In this document: positions 22,451-35,787 of the stretch, in pieces | How positions within the stretch are numbered: position 1 is the stretch's first letter | Layout of the letters: every line of letters begins with the position of its first letter | Assembly (NCBI GenBank): GCA_010909165.1 | Contig: MU008154.1 | Location: forward strand, 620,001 to 684,000 | DNA: 64,000 nucleotides | Direction of reading: 5' to 3' | From: Anthoceros angustus | Lineage: Eukaryota; Plantae; Anthocerotophyta | Position numbers and translations under genes: made by a program | Notes under the pieces: generated by a model | Databases searched by the model: none | What the model saw: only the letters and a program-made list of their open reading frames with translations | What the model was told of the DNA's origin: nothing

Positions 22451-24324
22451 TCAAAGAGTCGATCTGCCTGTTTTGAGTCTTGTCCACGACTCTTGTTTTG
22501 AAGCAAGGGTTGTGAACATTAGTTCTTTTCTCAGCCGTGAGACGCTGAGCAGGAAGTGCTTCGGTTGGAGTTGTCGGTCATGACATTGACCCAGTGTTTC
22601 AAGGACCTCGGCTGTTTATGACACCCAAGGTCCCTGAAAGCTTTATTTGAAGCCTACTTAAGAAAATGAGGTTGTTCAAATCAAATAGGACCCTTGTGTA
22701 TGCATCTCCAGTTGCCTAGTATCCTTCAGATGCATGCTGGCTATACGATGTGCAGTCCTGAGCAGCATCTTCCGCACTACATATTTCTCTACACACACAG
22801 AAGCACGGGGAGAGCACGGCTTCCTCACAGTCGAATGGATCTTGCGTATCGTCCACGCCCCTGCACTGACAGGTTTGAACAATCAACATGCCTCAGTATA
22901 TACTTGTGATCCATATGCAGACCTGTGCGCAGTCCACACCTACATACAGTACTTATGGCACGTACTGTACCCTTTAGATACAGACTGTACTTGTGTGGTT
23001 GATACTACCGTGGTATTGGTTCCAAACTCAGGTAAGGTTGGTGGACATCGTCTCCTTTTCCCCGTCTCCGGTCTATGTACTATAGGCCGACGGGTTGGAG
23101 ACCGCAGGCCCCCACGCCAGCCACCTACATACGTACTATGTACATCTGTAAGTAACCAACCGTAATTGGTAAAGTGTGTCCAAGCCACCGCAAATATGTA
23201 CGAGTCCCCAAGGTAGATTGGCAGAACCTTCTCGAACTTATGTGCTACTAGACTGCTACATTGCTACTAAGTCACCACATGAACGTCCTTGTGTCTGTTT
23301 GCAACAGGGCCCAAAGACGACGGTCTTCTTCCGCCTTCCGTCAGTGCCGTCAACTCAGGAGTTTCACTCAACTGACAATTCCCTACTTGGGAATGTGTCT
23401 TTTATAAAACCCAGCCCACCCCACCCCAGCCAGGACCAGAAACCTCTAAAACCCACAGGGTACACGTGGAATTGGATCTTGCAAAGGGACTCGGAGTGAG
23501 CTGAAAAACATTTGAGGACGAGCTGCTCAATTTGTGAGAAAGCAATACTTAAGAGTATGTTCAGCAACTCTTGGTAGGTGTTTCGGCTACCTCGGTTGCT
23601 CCTTCCTTTCCTTCGGTAGTCCCTTCCACTGCAAATCTAAAACATACGATGGTGACACTTGAATTGGAGGAAGATGGTATTATCCACAAACAAGGATCAT
23701 ATCTTTCAGGGAAGAGGCGCCTCCGTGCCTTTCAGATCAATGCAAGTGGGGGACAGAGGTCTCACAGTCATGCAAAGTTCATGATGAAGAGGCATTGGTA
23801 CTTTAACCATGTGCCAAGAAATACATTTGGAGATGGTCCATTGGTACTGAGCTTGACGAGTTTCTCATAGAAACGACGACACAAACAGTACCGAAAACGT
23901 CCAATTAGGCTAAGGCATGTATTGGCACTGACCGCCGGAGACTCCAGCTCAAAATCGTACTTCCCCATTTGGGGTTTCGCTTTGTTACTGGGGCACAAAA
24001 CCTCACAATATTTGTCATCACTTAAGTGCCCGAAGCAGAGTTCCGGTCAAGGCCAGTAATGCGCGCAGCCCAAGGGCCTGAGCTCTACCAGGATTCCACG
24101 AATATATTGAAAGTCGTCATCAGTCTACATACCTCCTTCCTTCCTTCCGGGTTACCCACCTTCCACACATGCCTGCTTACAAGCCCTGCACCAGCAAGCC
24201 CTTCCCACAACTGCAATCCACACTCCAGACTTGTGAGTGTTCTCTGTCTGCTCTCAGCTCATTTGCGAAATCGACAACTCCACTTACAATTCCTCAGGCA
24301 GCACTCAACTCGGTCTTCAGCGAC

Positions 24325-24688
24325 ATGGCCATGGCGAAGCTCGTCCTCGTCCGCCACGTTCTCTGTGTCTTGATGCTTCTGTCAGCAGTGATGACTGATG
24401 CGGCAAAGATCGAGACGTTCAACCATCACTGATGCGGCAAAGATCTAGACGTTCAACCCAGCCAGCTGTGATGGAGGTACTACCAACACGTTCTACGTGG
24501 GCGGGAACACCTGCCAGACTTTTATCGATCAGGGCGCTGTGCGGATCAGTGGAATTGATGGCAGCACCCGTGTGTGCATACACAACCAGAGGAACTGCAA
24601 AGGCTACAGTAGCGTTGCACAGATTTACGGACCAGGGTGTGTGGTGCAAGGTGCAACCAAGCTGCGCGCTGTCTGGATTCAGGGTTGA
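24325..24688 (+). pseudogene. MiAMP1-like peptide copy 2, disrupted
   Basis: A 31-bp duplication plus 3 nt (actgatgcggcaaagatc(g/t)agacgttcaacc x2, ~24393-24458) gives KIETFNHH-stop. Confidence 0.88.
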
Positions 24689-25331
24689 ACGTCGCATGTC
24701 GCGTCTTCAGAAGTACAAGTATGCATAAGGTATGCCCCATTGCAACTCTTTTATCCAACAGAATTGCATGTACTTCTTCAAGCTCCTGCGTTTTAGAAGG
24801 AGCTATGGTTTGGTGCCCGTGGTTCTTTGGGTGATGATACCTGCACTTTCTTTAAGGCTGAGCGCCGTGCCGTTTTGTGCAGGCACTAATCGGATGTGGA
24901 CACATTGGTCATCACGTGAGATGAGTAGAGTTGGGGATACCAACTAATGGAGCTTTTGGCATAGATTTTTTTTTTAATTTGATATTTTGAACATAAATCA
25001 AAACAACCCCGAGGGAGAAATCTTCAGCAAGGGTTCTGATTCCCCTATGTTACACATCCTATCTTTTGGCATAGATGTATAGGGATCTATATATGAGAAT
25101 AATACAAGTGTACCATCTGAAGAAAAGTTTTTAATAAATAAATATTTTTTTTAATTAAATCCCACCTCTATTTAGTCAGTGAAGTGCTTGCTTGCTCATT
25201 CGCTCAGCCTTTGGATGCACGTGATTGCTATCAATGATAGGTTTCTGGGGCTGATTTTGAATGCAACAACCAACAGCAATGTTGTGATCAATGTGTGCAA
25301 TAATTTTGATGAGCCCCTGGTGTTTACCTTG

Positions 25332-27813
25332 ATGATGATGATGATCTTTTAGAGAGTGTCGTGAGATCACCACAAAGAGTCTCGCACGATGACCACACAC
25401 AAAAGAGGTCGGTGTGCCTAGGTAGACGAGAATGACTTTTATTAGACTAGGACGACTTTTTATGAGAACAAACTTGCCCAACCGGCCTGAAAGATTATTA
25501 TTTTTTGCCCAACCGGCTTGAAAGATTGAATGACTTTTATTAGACTAGGACGACTTTTTATGAGAACAAACTTTCCCAACCCGCCTGAAAGATTATTATT
25601 TTTTGCCCAACTCGACTGAAAGATTATTATTTTTTGCCGAACTGGCCTAAAAGATTACAATATTATTTTTTGCCCAATTAGAGGGTGAATTATGGATCCG
25701 AGCAAGGTGAGGATTATACAAAGCCCATCAATCCACGGAAGGGTGTCAAGTTCTAGTAAGAGTGCGATTGTATGGATCCGAGCAAGGTGAGGATTATACA
25801 AAGCCCATCAATGCGGAAGGGTGTCAAGTTCCGATATGAGTGCGGTTGTGTGGATCCAGACAAGGCGAGATTATACAAAGCCTATCAATCCGCGGAAGGG
25901 TGTCGTCCAGCATACCGCGATATGTGAAAGATTTCCTCCTCCAATAGACCCAAGGATCTGCCGGTCTATATAACTCCATATTGTGCAACATCCCCACCGT
26001 ACGCATCTGCTCAAGAATGCTATTTATCAAGTAGGCGAGATCAGTCAAAGCCTAGTGGACCTCTGCTTGGCTTTTGTATCCTCTGGTGAATTCCGCACGT
26101 TCCTTTCAGGTTGGCTATGGCTCGAGAGCCAACCTCGTGTGACTTTGATACCCTGGAAATTGTTGACTATGCGAATAAAGTGTTTTGGGATACTGTGATG
26201 GAAGTTGTCTCTTTAACACTTCTTGAATACAACAATTAATACAAAAGTTATTCAATTGGAAACAAGGGTGATCTGGGTCCTCTTCTAAGTGTGAAAAGGG
26301 CCGTACTGCAAGTCATTGTTAGACTTGGGGGCCATATGTATAGATGCTATGCACTTAGTGGACAACAATCATGCAAAAGACTTAGTGGACAAAGCTATGC
26401 GTTAAGCTAGCAGAGGTAAGGCCACATATAACTCATAAATTTGGATTAAAGTTTAATGCAAAGGTATCACAACTTAACAGAAGATAATATTGTAAAGATC
26501 ATCTATATGTTATAATAAATACGTATTAATCTTATGATAGTAAAGGTAATACATATTGACCATTTTTAACTTGAAAAGACTATATGCACAATGATTTGTG
26601 TGAAACCATAAAATACTTACAATACCCGTATTCCACCCTGTGATGTTCATGTAGTACCGTGTAATACGTTAGTGTGTGGACGTTTAACAAACTTTTCTTC
26701 TTCTTATTGTAGTTTTTAAATAAGAATGTGCATAATACATAATCCATCTTAAAGATAGTCCATGCCACTCTATATACCTAGTTAATATTCGGCTACACTA
26801 CTAGCAGATGTACAATCCTAAGCCCAATGATAAAAAGAAGAGGCTGGCTATTACAATGCAAAGCCCATTGATAGAAATAAGTAATTCAATTCCATTCAAT
26901 TCAATGAAAGTGGTCTCATGCATACAACTCCTTAGCCGCAATCAAGCATGCCCTAACTCAAGCATGATACTATAGACCACAACCATTACATTTTCCTTTT
27001 TCGTAATCAACAGCATAGGCCACAACCATCACTTTTTCCTGTTTTGTTATATCTATTCGTTATGTTAGGTTCATCTGATGAGCTCGTTAGAGTTGGGTTA
27101 GTGGACAAGGCTAGGGCGGTTTGAACAAACCGAGAGCACATGACACAAATTTGAATTGGAAAATGAGAATCGAAATGAAGACTGGCAAAGTCAAACGGGT
27201 CGAGTAAATCTACTTGTCGCCCACGACAGCCCTAAAAGATTGTGAAAGGATGATTTCCCATCCCAGCATCTACCTGGGACGACTTTTACTAGACTAGGAC
27301 GACTTTTTATAAGAACAAACTTACCCAACCGGCCTGAAAGATTATTATTTTTTGTCTAACCAGCCTGAAAGATTATTATTTTTTTGCCTAACCGGCCTGA
27401 AAGATTATTATGTTTTGCCTAACCAGCCTGAAAGATAATTATTTTTTGCCTAACCGGCCAGAAAAATTATTAATTTTTGCACGACTTTTTATGAGAACAA
27501 ACTTGCCCAACCGGCCTAAAAGATTATTATTTTTTGCCAACTAGCCTGAAAGATTATTACTTTTTGCCCAACCGGCTTGAAAGATTGTGAAAGGATGGTT
27601 CTCCATCCCAGCATCTACTTGAGATAATTTTTACTAGACTAGGATGATTTTTTACCAAAACCAACTAGCCCAACCGACCTGCAAGATTACTAGTTTTTGC
27701 CCAACCGGGCTGAAAGATTGTGAAAGGATGGTTCCCCATCCAGCATTGGTCCGCCTGTACGGCGCTTAATTGTGGAATTCTTATGTCACCTGGTGTATGT
27801 GCACTCGAGGATG
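25332..27813 (-). mobile_element. 5S-rRNA-derived SINE-like element, internally expanded, inserted in SKS exon 2
   Basis: TSD ACCTTG (25326-25331 / 27814-27819). Minus-strand 5' head 27813-27728 has about 70% identity by eye to plant 5S (TACACCAG, AATTAAGCGCC box A, GGATGGGG box C). (CAT)n tail at the other end; internal ~30-bp tandem repeats and a ~1.55-kb insert (25680-27233). Confidence 0.7.
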
Positions 27814-30392
27814 ACCTTGTAAGTGGATGTTGACTGCGCTTTGGAGCTTTGGAATCCAATCCTGGCGACCGATTGGCTCGAACACGCCATTCCTTTGTCG
27901 AAGCTGATCTCGTCGTAATTTCATTTTGCAGCGAGGGAATACAACAGCGAAAAGACTCTTGGCAAGATGGAGTTTCTGGGACAAACTGCCCTATTCTGCC
28001 AGGGAAACAGTGGACATACAACTAAAGAGACCACTAGAGCGAATGAATTTGCATTGATGGATCAAGGTATTTATACAAGTGTGTTCGTGTAATTGCTGAG
28101 CCGTTGATATTCTACGAAGTAACCTGCCTAACTATGTAAACTGAAGCTTAAACATTATTTTCCAGGCATCTATGTGAAACGTACCCTAGCTCGGATCCGC
28201 CAGTGACTGTATTGCGCTATGTCGCAACACTCCCCCTCGCTGCTGATCCTGAGCTCATCATTCCCCTCGCGTGTAGGATGGGGTTGTGTGTCATCGCAAT
28301 TGCTGATTGGTTGTTGCAGAGCAACTTGGTTGGCCGATCTTGCTTCTGGTTGATGTCACTTCGGAACTGCCGAATCCACAGGATTTCCTTCGCAGCTGGG
28401 GATGTAACTGCGTACTCTGCCTTCGTGGACGACAAGCACATGGTTTGCATCTTCTTGCAGCCCCAGGAGACAAGCCCATGATTGATGAGCATACAATAGG
28501 CTGCAGTGGACTTCCGAGCGTCTGGATCACCTGCCCAATCTGCGTCGGAGTAGGAGGTTAGTGTGAGTTTGCAAGATGGGTCACCTCTGTATACCAATCC
28601 GAGTGTCTTGTGGCCCTTCAGGTAGCGGAGAATGCGCTTCACGCTGGTCCAATGGGCCCTTCCTGGGTTGGAGAGATATCTTGATGCAATGTTGATAGCT
28701 TGGGAGATATCTGGCCTGGTCCTGATTGCCAGATACAGAAGGCTACCCACAGCTTCACTGTAGGGCACTTGTGACATCTCTTGGGCCTCCTCCGAGTTGA
28801 AGGCGATCCTCCATGGATATCTTCTCACCAGATGCGATGGGAGTTGAGACAGGTTTGGCATCCTTCAATTTAAATCTTTCGAGCAGCTGATCGACATAGT
28901 GTTCTTGATGTATGAAGAATGAGCTGTTCACAGGGTTGTGTTCAAACTGCACTCCGAGGGCAAATCGAAGGGGTCCCATGTCGACTACTTCGTACTTCTT
29001 TGACAGCAGGTCTTTGACTTCTTGTATTGCAGCAAGGCTGTTCCCAAAGATAAAGTTGTCATCAACATACAGGGTGATGATGACAAGTTTGCCTTGTTCT
29101 TGCAGGACATAAACGCTGGTGTCGGAGGGCAGTGAGGTGAAGCCGCATTTCTTCAAGTACAAGTCGACAGTCTCGTTCCACACTTGTGCTGATTGATTCA
29201 AGCCGTATATGGACTTGAGGAGCATGCACACTTAGGAGCTGTCCTTGATGAAGCCTGGCAGTTATAGCATATAGATGTCATCATGTAGAGTGCCGTATAG
29301 AAATGCTGATTTAACATCTACCTGGTGTATGTGCAGGTGATGATGGGCTGCAAAGGCTAGCAGTATTCGGATTGAGATTGCTTTAACCACAGGACTGAAG
29401 AGTCTATTCTCTTCATAATCAAAGCCTGGTACCTGGGTGAAACCACGGGCTATCAGTCTGGCCTTATACCTGGATACTGTACCATCTGGATTGAGCTTCC
29501 TGCGAAAAGTCCACTTGCATGATGTAGGCTTTCTACCAGCAGGTAAGTCTGTGAGCTTCCAGGTTTTATTGGCAATTAAAGAGTCGTACTCTAACTTGAC
29601 TGCTGCGGTCCATTCAGGTGTACTGAGTGCCTCTTGGATGTTGGCAGGGACATCTTGCATCTCTATTGCAGAGAGAGCGTGATAAAGGGCAAGCTAAACT
29701 GGATCATTATCAGGGGCTTGTGCTGGTGCTGGCACATCTTCAGGTCGAATGGCTGTATGACGGGAAAATGACTCTCTAGGAACAGAAGGTGGATTCCTCC
29801 ATAGATGACTTGGTGGTCGATTGCATGTAGAACGCTATTGGATAATATTGTTTAGATCATACCTAACTCTAGTTAAGAGTATCGTTTGATTAATTAATTA
29901 GGGTTACTTTAGAAAAAAACGGTTACACTTCTTCTTTATGTACCTTTTGATTGATTCACGATGACATTCTCATCCGCACACACGCTCCTCAGCATCTGGT
30001 CCTTATGCTTCTTAATCTATGATGTCCGTGTGATGCCCATATCACAAATCGGTATCAGAGCCATTCTGAATCATGCCGTCGTTCGGTATTACCAATGCCC
30101 CGCGTCATTGGATCAAGGCCGCAATTTTAATTGACCCAAGGAAGCGGGAACGGCGGCTTGTTTCCAACATTCTACGATGTCTCAGGAGCGCAATTAGGCG
30201 TCTTTCTCCCTGATGTTGATAGGGATGGACAAGACAAACGCTCTCTCCAGAGACAGATCTACATTAGAACACGCAAGTAATTTTGGCAGGCACAAAGCAA
30301 ATGGGAGTGCTTTGAGAGAAAGCACAAGTGACTTGCTTACAAATATGCCTTGCAGGAGGAATGACAGCAGATTCCAACATTGCTGTTTTTCT

Positions 30393-32727
30393 TTTCCTTT
30401 GCAAGCCTGTTGTAATCAGCCAGCACGTGAATACACTTGCTGTCATCAGCAGTATGCACAGACTCCTACACGATGCAATAGTTTAGTTTTTCCTGTCCAG
30501 AGTAAAGACCCAGCACTCCTGGCCATTAAGAACCTCAGATCACACTTAAGACTTTTGCAAGAATACACATGTGTAGTAAAACATAGTCATAAGAAAGAAC
30601 TGATCTCTTTGCACAAACAAATTGGAGTTTTGACTAAGCAATTTACACGACTGTCAAATGACTTTGCTAACTTAGGACTAGTTGCTGCAACCCGTCTTCA
30701 TACAAACAAATTACCTGACATCTCCTGTTCATATTCTTCCTACGGCTGCATGCTCATGCCTGAACCCATTGAACAGGTCTTAGAGTCTCTCTTCACCATG
30801 TTTGGGAAAGATCCCAATACTGTCTGACCCCTTTGCCATTAGGTCAGCGAGGCTAATTGTAGCATAGCCTTATTTTGCATGTGGTCTCCTCCAAACAGAT
30901 CTTTACATTATATCCCACGTTTTCCCAGACCAGTCCCTTTTCCTCACACAGTACAAACCATGGCTATAGGAGGAGGTGGTAGCACTAGTACCATCATTAA
31001 CAATACCACAAAAATTGACTTCAAAGACCGAGATCGGTTTAATGGAACTGATTACCCAGTCTGGGAGATGCGGATTACGGCGTTGCTGGAGGAGCATGAC
31101 CTAATGGATATGGTCCTTGGAAAAGTAGCCAAGCCGATTGATGTTGATAAGCTGACCGTCTGGAACAAACAGGATAAGCGAGCTAGAAGTATTATACTTT
31201 CCTTTGCAAGCTCTTAAATCACCAAAGACGTGAATACACTGTCATCAGTAACAGATGCATCTACACGATGCAATAGTTTAGTTTTTCCTGTCGAGTAAAG
31301 ACCCAAAGACTCGGCCATTAAGAACCTCGATCACACTTAAGACTTTGCAAGAATACACACATGTAGCAAAACATAATCATAAGAAAGAACTGATCTCTTT
31401 GCACAAACAAATTGGAGTTTTGACTAAGCAATTTACACGATCACATGACTTTGCTAACTTAGAACTAGTTGTCGCAACCCGCCTTCATACAAACAAATCA
31501 CCGACATCTCCTGCTCATTCCTCCTACGGCCACTTGCTCATGCCTCGAACCCATTGAACAAGTCTTAGAGTCTCTCCACCATGTTTGGGAAGATCCCAAT
31601 CTTGTCGACCCCTTAGCCATTAGGTCACGAGGCTAATTGTAGCATAGCCTTATTTTGCATGTGGTCTCCTCCAAGATCTTTACATTATATCCCACGTTTT
31701 CCTGCATCCCTTTTCCTCACACAAGACAAACCATGGCTATAGGAGGAGGTGGTAGCACTAGTACCATCATTAACAATACCACAAAATTGACTTCAAAGAC
31801 CGAGATCGGTTTAATGGAACCGATTACCCAGTCTGGGAGATGCGGATTACGGTTCTTTGGAGGAGCATGACCTAATGGATATGGTCCTTGGAAAAGTAGC
31901 CAAGCCGATTGATGTTGATAAGTCCGTCTGGAACAAACAGGATAAGCGAGCTAGAAGTATTATACTTTCCTTTGCAAGCTCTTAAATCACCAAAGACGTG
32001 AATACACTGTCATCAGTAACAGATGCATCTACACGATGCAATAGTTTAGTTTTTCCTGTCGAGTAAAGACCCAAAGACTCGGCCATTAAGAACCTCGATC
32101 ACACTTAAGACTTTGCAAGAATACACACATGTAGCAAAACATAATCATAAGAAAGAACTGATCTCTTTGCACAAACAAATTGGAGTTTTGACTAAGCAAT
32201 TTACACGATCACATGACTTTGCTAACTTAGAACTAGTTGTCGCAACCCGCCTTCATACAAACAAATCACCGACATCTCCTGCTCATTCCTCCTACGGCCA
32301 CTTGCTCATGCCTCGAACCCATTGAACAAGTCTTAGAGTCTCTCTCACCATGTTTGGGAAGATCCCAATCTTGTCGACCCCTTAGCCATTAGGTCACGAG
32401 GCTAATTGTAGCATAGCCTTATTTTGCATGTGGTCTCCTCCAAGATCTTTACATTATATCCCACGTTTTCCTGCATCCCTTTTCCTCACACAAGACAAAC
32501 CATGGCTATAGGAGGAGGTGGTAGCACTAGTACCATCATTAACAATACCACAAAATTGACTTCAAAGACCGAGATCGGTTTAATGGAACCGATTACCCAC
32601 CGGGAGATGCGGATTACGGCAGGGAGCATGACCTAATGGATATGGTCCTTGGAAAAGTAGCCAAGCCGATTGATGTTGATAAGTCACCGAACAAACAGGA
32701 TAAGCGAGCTAGAAGTATTATACTTTC
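30393..32727 (+). repeat. Triplication of a ~770-800 bp leader/gag-start segment inside Copia B
   Basis: Junction ATTATACTTTCC|TTTGCAAGC recurs at ~31200 and ~31970; copies 2 and 3 are near-identical and share small deletions relative to copy 1. Confidence 0.9.
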
Positions 32728-35700
32728 CGCACTGGACAAGAATATGATTCAGCATACCCAAGGCCAAGCTACATCAACCGAAGTATGGAAGGTTTTCACG
32801 GACCTATTCGCAGCTAAGGACTCCATGTCCTTAGTTAATGCAACTAGATTACTATACGCTCTCCGTATGAAAGATACGGACAACATTGAGCATCATGTGC
32901 ATAAATTCCGCACCTTGAGAGCCAAGCTCGCCTCTTGTGGCCAGGACCTGACTGAACCACCAGCAGTAGTTGCTCTTTTAACGTCACTTCCACCCAGCTA
33001 TAGGGCTTTTGTCAGCACGCAGACTTCCATCACCAGGCAAGGTGCTGCTGGTGCTGCAACAACAGTGGCACAAATTGTTGGAGCCCTGCTTGAGGAGGAG
33101 TCAAGAGGACAGGATCAACGTGGACGTACTCAACATCACAACTCGCAAGTTCTTTTTACCTCCAGGGGACGTGGGCGAGGTCGAGGTCCTTACAGGCCAC
33201 CTTTCCAATCCAGGAGACCCTACACTTCACCCTCCTTTCCACAGACGCAGCGAAAGGTTAAAGGTACATGTCACTGGTGTCGAATACCAGGACATTTTGA
33301 GCATGAGTGTAGAAAAAAGCATTGGGGAACCCAGGCGAGAAGCTCCTCCTGGAGGAGAATCACACCTAGTGACTCATGGACAAACCTAGTGACATGTGGT
33401 TTCTCGATTCTGGCGCAACAAACCACATATGCCAACTGCGAGAGAAGTTCATCACTTACACTGCCACTTCGTCTAGTCAATTTGTGCTGCTCGGCGATGA
33501 CAGTGGGTTGGCCGTAGCAGGCTTAGGAGAAGTCCTGTTACCCCTGGGAGGAGACAAAGAGATACATCTTGTGAACGTACTCCATGTACCCAGCATGACT
33601 AAGAACTTGCTATCTATACGAAAGCTTATTTCTGACCATGAGCTACAAGTAGTTTTTACACCTACTGGCTGCATGGTTACATCAGCATATGATACACCCC
33701 TCCTACTTGCAACGGGAGTGGTATATCATGACCTATATAGGTTTGAGGCTGTATCTTCAGCAGCCCGCTCATTAGTTATTGACACTCGACCTGATGTGGA
33801 TAAGACTTTGCTCTGGCACTGTCGCATGTGTCACCCCAGCATCACCTACATACGACAGCTGGTTGGTAAGCCAAAACTATATAAAGATGCTTTAACATTT
33901 AAAGTTCGATCACCTTTTGAGAAGCTCAAGTAGGGAAGATGGCTCGAAGCCATATAATGACCCTGAGCCTACAAAAGCAGCAGGCCTTCTCGATGTGGTC
34001 CATTCTGATATATGTGGACCCATGTCCACGAGCTCTTTTGGTGGAGCTATCTATTTTTTAACCTTTCTGGATGAATGGAGTCACTTTTGCACCTTATATT
34101 TCCTGCATGGCAGACACCAAACATATGACAAGTTTGTAGAATACGTGCACATGGCTGAAACACAAACTGGAAAAACACTAAAGAGATTGTGGAGTGACAA
34201 TGCACCAGAGTACCTCAGCCATGATTTTCCGTCCTTCTGTCAGGAGAAAGGAATCATCCACCAACTTACTATGCCACACCACCTTGCACAAAACTCTTTC
34301 GCAGAACGTTACAACTGCACGTTACAGGAAAGATGCAGGGCTACACTCTCATTGGCAGGCCTGACCAGAGGATACTGGGCCGAAGCTATTGCAGCTGTAA
34401 ACTATGTTCATAATAGACTGCCAGCAAAGCCCTTATTTGATCACACACCTTTTGAGAGATGGCATACTTCTAAACCTCGAATCAGCCATCTTCGTATTTT
34501 CGGTTAGCATATGCTTATGTACCTGCTGACAAGAGAGGAAAGATGGATAATCGGGCAACCAAGCACATTTTGTCGGCTATTCTGACACTTCCAAAGGTTA
34601 TAGGCTCTACAACCCTTACACTAAGCAACTTACCTTGGCCCGTAGTGTTAGCTTCAATGAGAGTTTTATTCTGAATGCACATCTCCAGTCCTCCACTAGC
34701 CATGAGCCTCTTCCACAACCTTCCTTGTATGGCCACCTTCCATTAGATCGGTCCATTGATAATACAACGATTTTAATCGATGTGGTTGAATTCTTACGAT
34801 CTTATTAAACCACACCAAGAGCTTGTCCCCATTCTAGCACATCAATGATCGGTTGTTAGATGCGCCTGACATAATTTAGTGGATGAATTAGACCAACCAC
34901 ACAATATTTTAGTGGACGATTTAGACCAACTGCAGACTTACGGATCCACATTGACTTACCAATAGAGGCTCCAGCTATGACACCTTTGAGAAGATCAGCC
35001 AAGTCACATCGCCCTCGTGAAAGAGTGGCTTAATCCACCTTATTCACATGGTGATACTTTTACCTATCAATCACAGCCAGATCATGTAGCACAACCTCGT
35101 GCGAGTCTTTCAGCTTTTGCTTATGCAGCAGCATCTTCTGTCCTAGATCCCCTGACACACCACTCACCTATCAAGAGGCATTGTCTGGTCCTCAAAAGGC
35201 AGAATGGCAGAAAGCTATTGATTCAGAATATAACAGTCTTATATCAAACAAGACATGGGAGTTGGTAACCTTGCCACCAGATCGAAAACCCATCACATCC
35301 AAATGGGTTTTCAAATTGAAGCTCCATCCAGACGGGTCAGTAGCCCGCTATAAGGCCAGGTTAGTGGCGAGGGGCTACACTCAGGTCCATGGTCTGGATT
35401 ACACAGAGACCTTTAGCCCAGTTGTAAAGCCAACGTCTATGCGTATATTACTCTACTATGCTGTCAAACATAAGTTAATTGTCCATCAAATGGACGTGAA
35501 GACCGCATTTTTAAATGGAGATCTTACCGAGGTGATTTTTATGAACCAGCCTGAGGGCTATATTGTCGATCACACCAAGGTATGTAGACTCCTGAAATCC
35601 CTGTATGGATTAAAACAGTCAGCATGCCTATGGAATTCACGTGCTAATAAGAAACTATGCAAGCTGGGTTTTGTACCTCTAGCTGCTGATTGCAGCGTCT

Positions 35701-35787
35701 ATGTCCTCAAGAAGACCAATGAGATATGCATCATTGCTTTGTATGTTGATGATAATTTCATCTTAGGTGACAACGGATCGACCTACA

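Noticed and set aside
25420-27560. CRISPR-like ~30-bp repeats
   Set aside because: No unique spacers, eukaryotic context; plain tandem repeats within the SINE.
25332-27813. Cassandra TRIM interpretation of the 5S element
   Set aside because: Only one full 5S head, no paired TG..CA LTRs or PBS/PPT, and a simple-repeat tail; kept as the alternative to test.
27728-27813. Functional 5S rRNA gene
   Set aside because: Only ~70 nt at ~70% identity, 3' helix missing, embedded in a TSD-flanked insertion.
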